Part shown: positions 58,184 to 64,000 of the stretch, one piece after another
Layout of the letters: every line of letters starts with the position of its first letter
Position numbering within the stretch: the stretch's first letter is position 1
Assembly: GCA_964291215.2 (NCBI GenBank)
Contig: OZ219791.1
Location: 1,888,001-1,952,000, forward strand
Direction: 5' to 3'
DNA: 64,000 nucleotides
Source of the DNA: Alphaproteobacteria bacterium
Lineage (GTDB): Bacteria > Pseudomonadota > Alphaproteobacteria > MPNO01 > UBA830
Notes under the pieces: generated by a model
Seen by the model: only the letters and a program-made list of their open reading frames with translations
The model's database searches: none
Told to the model about the DNA's origin: nothing
Made by a program: the position numbers and the translations under genes

Positions 58184-60499
58184 TTACCTGCCGTCCTTCT
58201 CCGCTAGGGCGGCAAGTACGCGCTCGGGCGTGAGCGGCAGTTCGGTGATCCGTACGCCGACGGCATCGTGGATCGCGTTGGCGATTGCGCTGGCGACCGG
58301 CAGCATGCCGCCTTCGCCCATGCCCTTGGCGCCGAACGGGCCGGGTCCATGGCCCTGTTCCTGGGTGACCGAGCGGAAATCCTCCGGAAGATCGTCGGCG
58401 AGCGGCACCCGGTAGGTCAGCGCGTCGCCGTTCACCAGACGCGAGCCGTCATAGATCATGCGCTCGAACAGAGCCTGGGACAGTCCCATCAGGGCCGCGC
58501 CCTCGTCCTGGCCGCGGCAGACCAGCGGATGGATCGCGCGGCCGGCATCCCCGGTGACGAACAGTTTCTCGACTGTGACCTGGCCGGTCTCGGTATCGAC
58601 CGCGACCTGGGCGCCGCCCCAGCCGATCTCCCAGAACACGCAGGGCGCCTCAAGCGGCGCGGCGTGGCTGTTCTCGGCCTTGTGGAAGCCCTCGCCGACG
58701 AATTCCCAGCCGGTGCCGCCGAAACGGCCCATGATCATCGGCGCCAGCGGATGGGCCTCGTTGCCCCGGCGGATTTCCCAGTCCGTCAGCTTGAGCTCCT
58801 CGGCCGGACAGTCCAGCGCATCCGCGGAAAATTCAAGGATTTGCCGGCGCGCCGCCAAGGCCGCCCGGTCTACCGCCTGGCCCATCACGGAGATGGCCGA
58901 GCTGGCGTTGGTGCCCTGATCGAAGGGCGAGTGATCCGTATCGACCGGCATGTAGCGCACCCGCGAGCGGTCCGTGCCGAGCCGCTCGGCGACCACGGCG
59001 GCAAGCGCCGTGTGCGCGCCCTGGCCGATCTCGACGGTGCCGCATTGCAGGAAGATGTCGCCCCCGGTCGAGACCTTGACCCGGGCGAGCGCCGGCTTGT
59101 TGACCCCGCCGCCGTCCTTGAAGCCGATGGAAAGGCCCATGCCGCGCCTGACTGGACCTTCATTCTCCGGCTGGTTTCGGTCGCGGTAGCCGAGTTCGTG
59201 CACCACCAGGTCGAGGCCCTCGCGCAGGTCGCTGTCGATCCCGCTTTCGCCGGGCACGAAGGGCTCGCCCAGGCCGATCAGGTTGCGGCGGCGCATCTCG
59301 CAGGGGTCGATGCCGAGCCGGTGTGCGATCATGTCGATCTGGGACTCGCTTGCCCAGCTGGTCTGAGTGCCGCCGAAGCCGCGGAACGGCCCGGCTGGCG
59401 CCGTGTTGGTCATCACGCAATAGCAGTCGGTCTTGATCCGCTTGTACCGGTACGGTCCCGGAATGCGGTAGCCGGCCTTCTCGGCAACCAGCGGGCTGCC
59501 ATCGGAATAGGCCCCGGAATCGAGGAGGATCTCGCTTTCCCGCGCGACCAGCGTGCCATTCGCCATGACGCCGGTCTTCAACTTGAGGATCGCGGCGTGC
59601 TGGGTGTTGGTGAGAAAACCCTCTTCCAGGGTCAGGCAGAAGCGCACCGGTCGGCCGGCCAGCCGCGAGAGGGCGAGCGCGACCGGTTCGGTCTTGCAGC
59701 CGTTCTTGCTGCCGAAGCCGCCGCCGATATAGGGCACCCGCACCGCGATCTGGTTCTCGCCCAGGCCGAAGATGCGGGCGATTTCCTTGCGCAGGCCGAA
59801 CGGGTTCTGGCAGCTTGTCCATAGCTCGATCCGGTTCTCGCGCGACCAGTCGGCGACGGAGACGAACGGCTCCAGGTGGAAATGATGCATCCGCGAGAAA
59901 CGGAACACATCCTCGAAGACATGGTCGCAATCCGCGAAGGCGTCGGCCGGGCCGGTCTCGTAGGAGAAGCGGTAGCAGACGTTCCGGCGCGGGCGCAGCT
60001 CACCCGAAGCGCCCTCGCCGTATTTGGGCACGATGCCGACCGGCGCTTCCTCGAAAAGTTCCGGTGCGTCCGGATCCGAAGCGCGTTCGAGATCGCCGAC
60101 AACGGGCAGCGGCTCGTAGTCGACGCGAATCGCGGCAAGCGCCCGGTTGGCCGTACCCTCGTCCTTGGCGGCGATGGCGGCGACGATATCGCCCTCGTAG
60201 CGCACCTTGTCGGTTGCGACGATCGGTTGGTCCTTGATGAAATAGCCGTAGGCCGGCATCCGGATTGCAGCGGTCTCGTCCCGGGTCAGCACCGCATGGA
60301 CCCCCGGCATGGCGTGCGCTGCCGAGGCGTCGATCGACCGGATCCGGGCATGGCCGTGCGGGCTGCGCAGCACCTTGGCGTGCAGCATGTCCGGGAGGTC
60401 TATATCGACCGTATAAACCGCGCGGCCCCCGACCTTCTCGGCGGCGTCGATGCGCCTGTCCGACCGGCCGATGGTGCGCAGCGGCGCCAGATCGGTCAT
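58184..60499 (-). CDS. Xanthine dehydrogenase/CoxL-family molybdopterin subunit
   Basis: LRSPHGHARI, GGGFGSK, AGPFRGFG, EIGQG, GAKGMGE, IANAIHDAVG. Confidence 0.92.
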   Translation of the reverse strand: MTDLAPLRTIGRSDRRIDAAEKVGGRAVYTVDIDLPDMLHAKVLRSPHGHARIRSIDASAAHAMPGVHAVLTRDETAAIRMPAYGYFIKDQPIVATDKVRYEGDIVAAIAAKDEGTANRALAAIRVDYEPLPVVGDLERASDPDAPELFEEAPVGIVPKYGEGASGELRPRRNVCYRFSYETGPADAFADCDHVFEDVFRFSRMHHFHLEPFVSVADWSRENRIELWTSCQNPFGLRKEIARIFGLGENQIAVRVPYIGGGFGSKNGCKTEPVALALSRLAGRPVRFCLTLEEGFLTNTQHAAILKLKTGVMANGTLVARESEILLDSGAYSDGSPLVAEKAGYRIPGPYRYKRIKTDCYCVMTNTAPAGPFRGFGGTQTSWASESQIDMIAHRLGIDPCEMRRRNLIGLGEPFVPGESGIDSDLREGLDLVVHELGYRDRNQPENEGPVRRGMGLSIGFKDGGGVNKPALARVKVSTGGDIFLQCGTVEIGQGAHTALAAVVAERLGTDRSRVRYMPVDTDHSPFDQGTNASSAISVMGQAVDRAALAARRQILEFSADALDCPAEELKLTDWEIRRGNEAHPLAPMIMGRFGGTGWEFVGEGFHKAENSHAAPLEAPCVFWEIGWGGAQVAVDTETGQVTVEKLFVTGDAGRAIHPLVCRGQDEGAALMGLSQALFERMIYDGSRLVNGDALTYRVPLADDLPEDFRSVTQEQGHGPGPFGAKGMGEGGMLPVASAIANAIHDAVGVRITELPLTPERVLAALAEKDGR

Positions 60500-60993
60500 T
60501 CCGCGGCCTCCCGCTTGCGCCGGGCGGCGTCGCGCACCGCCTCCAGGATCAGGGCGTAACCGGTGCAGCGACAGATGTTGGAGCTGATCCAGTCGCGGAT
60601 CATCGCGTCGTCCGGATTCGGGTTGCGGGCGAGTAGGCCCTCGGTCAGGAGGATCATGCCGGCGGTGCAGAAACCGCACTGAAAGGCCGAATTGTCGGCG
60701 AAGGCGGCCTGGACCGAGCTCGGCCCTCCGCCGGTCCCCAGCCCCTCGACCGTGCGCACGTCGCTGTCCGCGACCTCGAAGGCGAAGACCGAACAACTCG
60801 CGCGCGGCACATCGTCGATCAGCACGGTGCAGGCGCCGCATACGGCGCGCTCGCAAGCTAGCTTGGTGCCGCGGCCGTCGCGCCGTTTGCGCAGCAGATC
60901 GGCCAGGGTCGTCGCCGTGGTCGTCGCCATGCCGACCGGCGTGCCGTTCAGCGTGAAGGTGAGATCGAAGCGGGGATCGAGGCGTTCAGCCAC
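60496..60993 (-). CDS. CoxS/XdhC-like (2Fe-2S) subunit
   Basis: [30 protein letters not shown]. Confidence 0.92.
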   Translation of the reverse strand: MAERLDPRFDLTFTLNGTPVGMATTTATTLADLLRKRRDGRGTKLACERAVCGACTVLIDDVPRASCSVFAFEVADSDVRTVEGLGTGGGPSSVQAAFADNSAFQCGFCTAGMILLTEGLLARNPNPDDAMIRDWISSNICRCTGYALILEAVRDAARRKREAAE

Positions 60994-61831
60994 GGGTCGC
61001 GTCCTGACGCACCAGCTGCCGGGCGAGGACCGCCGCCCCGGCCTGGCGGAGCCACCCGTTGCCGCTTACCGGGTCGGCGAATTCGCCCGGCAGCGCTTCG
61101 AACGCCGCCGCCGCGATGGCCCTAGCATCGGTTCCGCGAAGGTCGAGGCGCAGAGAGGCGGGGCAAAGATACTCGGTGGCGATCGCGGCGCGGCCCTGCG
61201 CCTTTCCGCCATTGTCCGTCCACAGGGCGAGCGCCAGGGTCATGAGCGGCCTGAGCGAGCGGTCGTAATCGAGCCGCAGATCGGTCGCGAGCGGTATCGA
61301 CAGGCGGGTCAGCAGTGCGCGCGCCGGCTCTGCGCGATCCCATATTTCTGCGGGGGTCAGCTCGGTTTCGCTGGCAGCCGAGGCGAATCGGGCCGTACCG
61401 CCGAGCGCGGTAAGCAGGATCGACATCTCGTAGCGGGTGTGGCGCGCCATCAGATTGCCGCCAGCCGTGCCACTGAGGCGGATGCGCATCTTCCCCAGTT
61501 TGGACCAAGCCTCGGCCAGTCCGGGTATCGCCGCCGCCGCGTCCGATGCCGCGCCCTCAGCGTGAGTGGTCAGCGCGCCGACGGAAAGCGCGCCGCCATC
61601 GATCCGCGTCCCTCGCAGTTCCTCAAGCCGCTTCAGCCAGACCAGCGTACCGATCGGCTTGCCTTCGCGCACCGCGCCGCACAGATCGGTTCCGCCGGCA
61701 TAGGGTACCGGCGCCTCGGCGTCGGCCATCGTCGCGACCGCCTCTTCGACGGTTGTCGGCACGATCACCGGAAAGGGAGGAATATCCCGGTAGGAGGCGG
61801 CGATCAGCCCGGCTTGGGCGACTTCATACAT
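60986..61831 (-). CDS. CoxM-like FAD-binding subunit
   Basis: PTTVEEA, AGGTDL, GALTTH, GTAGGN. Confidence 0.85.
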   Translation of the reverse strand: MYEVAQAGLIAASYRDIPPFPVIVPTTVEEAVATMADAEAPVPYAGGTDLCGAVREGKPIGTLVWLKRLEELRGTRIDGGALSVGALTTHAEGAASDAAAAIPGLAEAWSKLGKMRIRLSGTAGGNLMARHTRYEMSILLTALGGTARFASAASETELTPAEIWDRAEPARALLTRLSIPLATDLRLDYDRSLRPLMTLALALWTDNGGKAQGRAAIATEYLCPASLRLDLRGTDARAIAAAAFEALPGEFADPVSGNGWLRQAGAAVLARQLVRQDATRG

Positions 61832-62225
61832 GCGCGTGGCGATCCTTGGGAATTCAGGACTCCGGGTAGCGTCGGCGATGCTATCCGCTTATCCGCGGCC
61901 TGTCACCCGGGACATGGACCGACGACCGCTTCTGATGGTCTCACTCGCGCTGCTCGCGCCGCGTCCGCTGCCGGCGCTGAACATGGATAGGCCTGCGCGG
62001 CCCCTTCAGATACTGTTGGGCGCGCTCCCTACCAGAGTAATCCCACGCCTCTCCCCTTCCTGCGATTGCTGTGCTCGCTGAGTTGTGTCAGATACTCTCT
62101 GCAAATCCGGTCGTGACATGGGGATCCGATGTTGCGGTTGTCGTTCCGTCGAGCCCGGCGGATCGCAGTTCCATGATTGCCCGTGAGAAGGGTGACCGCA
62201 GCGGAACGCGGATGGCTGTCGGGGA

Positions 62226-62409
62226 CAGGGCTCTCCTTTTGTCCGGTTTCGTCCGACGAGGGGGCGTTGTAGGCAGATCTGGAGGTCCATTCGGGAGCGG
62301 ATTTCGTTGTCGATATGCCGGTTCCGACCTTGAGACGGTGCCACCAACTTCAAGAACGGCCACTCTGACACGGTTGTCCGCCGCCGATCGCGACAACAGA
62401 ATGGTCCTG
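62226..62409 (+). mobile_element. MITE copy 3 (184 bp)
   Basis: Near-identical to copy 1; perfect 10-bp TSD ctgtcgggga. Confidence 0.95.
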
Positions 62410-62504
62410 CTGTCGGGGACGGCTTGACCCCGGGACTCGATAAGCTACAGTAATTGCAAATCGGTAGGTTTCCGCCCGATTGGCGGAAATGCGGCCGCGC
62501 AGAA

Positions 62505-62690
62505 GAACCCTGCGGGAGAGGCGGACCAGACACCGCCGCCGACGGAGCAACCGCCCCGGAAACTCTCAGGCAAACGGACCGCAGGGGGATGCGACTCTGG
62601 AGAGCAGTTACCGGCGATGCCGGCGGCTCACCGAAGGAGTAAGCCTGGCCGTGGCCGGGTGAATCTCTCAGGTTTCCCGACAGAGGGGGC
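62505..62690 (+). ncRNA. Tandem glycine riboswitch
   Basis: Two aptamers GGAGAG...CCGA(C/A)GGAG...CTCTCAGG, directly upstream of gcvT. Confidence 0.93.
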
Positions 62691-62751
62691 GCACGGGTCT
62701 TGTCGGTCCTGAAAACCGGCAGACCGTCCACTTGTGGAGGACGTGCGTGCC

Positions 62752-63867
62752 ATGACCGAAGACCTGCAGGACAATCCGAAACGAACGAGTCTGTACGACC
62801 TGCATGCCGCATGCGGCGCGCAGATCGTGACCTTTGCCGGATACGAGATGCCGGTGCGCTATCCGGCGGGCGTCCTCGCGGAACACCTCCATACACGGGC
62901 GAAAGCGTCCCTGTTCGACGTCTCCCACATGGGCCAGGTCGCACTCCGTGGCGCCGACGCCGCGGCCGCGCTGGAGACGCTGGTGCCGGCCGACATCCGC
63001 GGACTCGAACCCGGACGCATGAGATATTCGACCCTGACCAACGAGGCTGGCGGCATCGTCGATGACCTGATGATCACCAATGTTGGCGACTACCTGTTCC
63101 TCGTCGTCAACGCGTCGCGCAAGCAGGAGGACATCGCGCTCCTGCGTTCGGCGCTGCCGGACGCGATCGCTGTTGACGAGCTCGCCGACCGGTCCCTTGT
63201 CGCCTTGCAGGGTCCCTCGGCATCCGCGGTCATGGCCCGCTTCGCGCCAGGCGCCGAGACAATGCCGTTCATGACCGCACGACCGTTCGATATCGACGGC
63301 AGCCGACTCGCCGTTATGAGATCCGGATATACCGGAGAAGACGGCTACGAGATCTCGATCCCGTCGGCTGATGTCGTCCGCACCGCCGAGCTCCTTCTCG
63401 CCGAGGACGCAGTCGAGCCCGCCGGTCTCGGTGCCCGGGATTCCCTGCGCCTTGAAGCCGGCCTCTGCCTTTACGGACACGACATCGACGAGACGACCAC
63501 ACCTGTCGAAGCCGCCCTGTCCTGGACGATACCGCTGCGTCGGCGCGAACAGGGTGGCTTTCCCGGCGCCGATGTCATTCTCCGCCAAATTGAGGAGGGC
63601 GCGCCGCGTCGCCGCGTCGGTCTCGTTCCTGACGGCAGGGCGCCGGCCCGGAAGGATACGGAAATCGTTGACGACGACGGACGGCCCCTCGGCATCGTCA
63701 CGTCGGGCGGCTTCGGTCCTTCCGTCGGCGGCCCGATCGCGATGGGCTATGTCGAGAGGCCCTTCGCGAAAAAGGACACGCCAGTCCGGCTTCTGGTGCG
63801 CGGCACGCCGCACGCTGCTCGGGTACGGTCCATGCCGTTCGTGCCGCAAAATTATTTTCGGGTTTAG
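62752..63867 (+). CDS. gcvT: Glycine cleavage system aminomethyltransferase T
   Basis: LFDVSHMG, RSGYTGEDGYE, GLGARDSLRLEAGLCLYG. Confidence 0.96.
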   Translation: MTEDLQDNPKRTSLYDLHAACGAQIVTFAGYEMPVRYPAGVLAEHLHTRAKASLFDVSHMGQVALRGADAAAALETLVPADIRGLEPGRMRYSTLTNEAGGIVDDLMITNVGDYLFLVVNASRKQEDIALLRSALPDAIAVDELADRSLVALQGPSASAVMARFAPGAETMPFMTARPFDIDGSRLAVMRSGYTGEDGYEISIPSADVVRTAELLLAEDAVEPAGLGARDSLRLEAGLCLYGHDIDETTTPVEAALSWTIPLRRREQGGFPGADVILRQIEEGAPRRRVGLVPDGRAPARKDTEIVDDDGRPLGIVTSGGFGPSVGGPIAMGYVERPFAKKDTPVRLLVRGTPHAARVRSMPFVPQNYFRV

Positions 63868-63879
63868 GAGGACAGCGAG

Positions 63880-64000
63880 ATGAGCGATCTCAGATATTCC
63901 AGGGAACATGAGTGGGTCCGGCTTGAGGACGACATCGCCACGGTCGGAATCAGCGACTACGCCCAGGAGCAGCTTGGCGATGTCGTGTTTGTCGAGCTCC
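63880..64000 (+). CDS. gcvH: Glycine cleavage H protein (partial)
   Basis: [13 protein letters not shown]...[19 protein letters not shown]; RBS aggagg. Confidence 0.93.
   Translation, partial: MSDLRYSREHEWVRLEDDIATVGISDYAQEQLGDVVFVEL

Overview
GC-rich, probably alphaproteobacterial chromosome segment; the FN3-repeat surface protein and SoeABC hint at a marine invertebrate symbiont (inference). Intact core and metabolic genes (alpha/beta hydrolase, RND pump, soeABC, peroxiredoxin, bolA, tRNA-Ser, ettA, a NitT/TauT ABC plus xanthine-dehydrogenase-like catabolic region, glycine riboswitch-gcvT-gcvH) alternate with nests of dead IS elements (ISAs1, IS4/IS50, IS66, IS110, IS256, IS630, IS5, ISNCY). 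Main signals: (1) unrelated IS families repeatedly carry putative DNA-modification cargo, with DUF4338/DruA-like domains in six elements and a Dam-like methyltransferase remnant in four IS66 copies; (2) the IS copies are eroded by dense 2-10 bp microhomology-flanked deletions, while single-copy pseudogenes show far fewer; (3) a pristine 184-bp ISAs1-type MITE occurs three times with perfect 10-bp TSDs, each directly upstream of a predicted -35 box in the same relative orientation; (4) a poly-C tract likely phase-switches the FN3 protein. All family calls are by motif recognition by eye, not database search.
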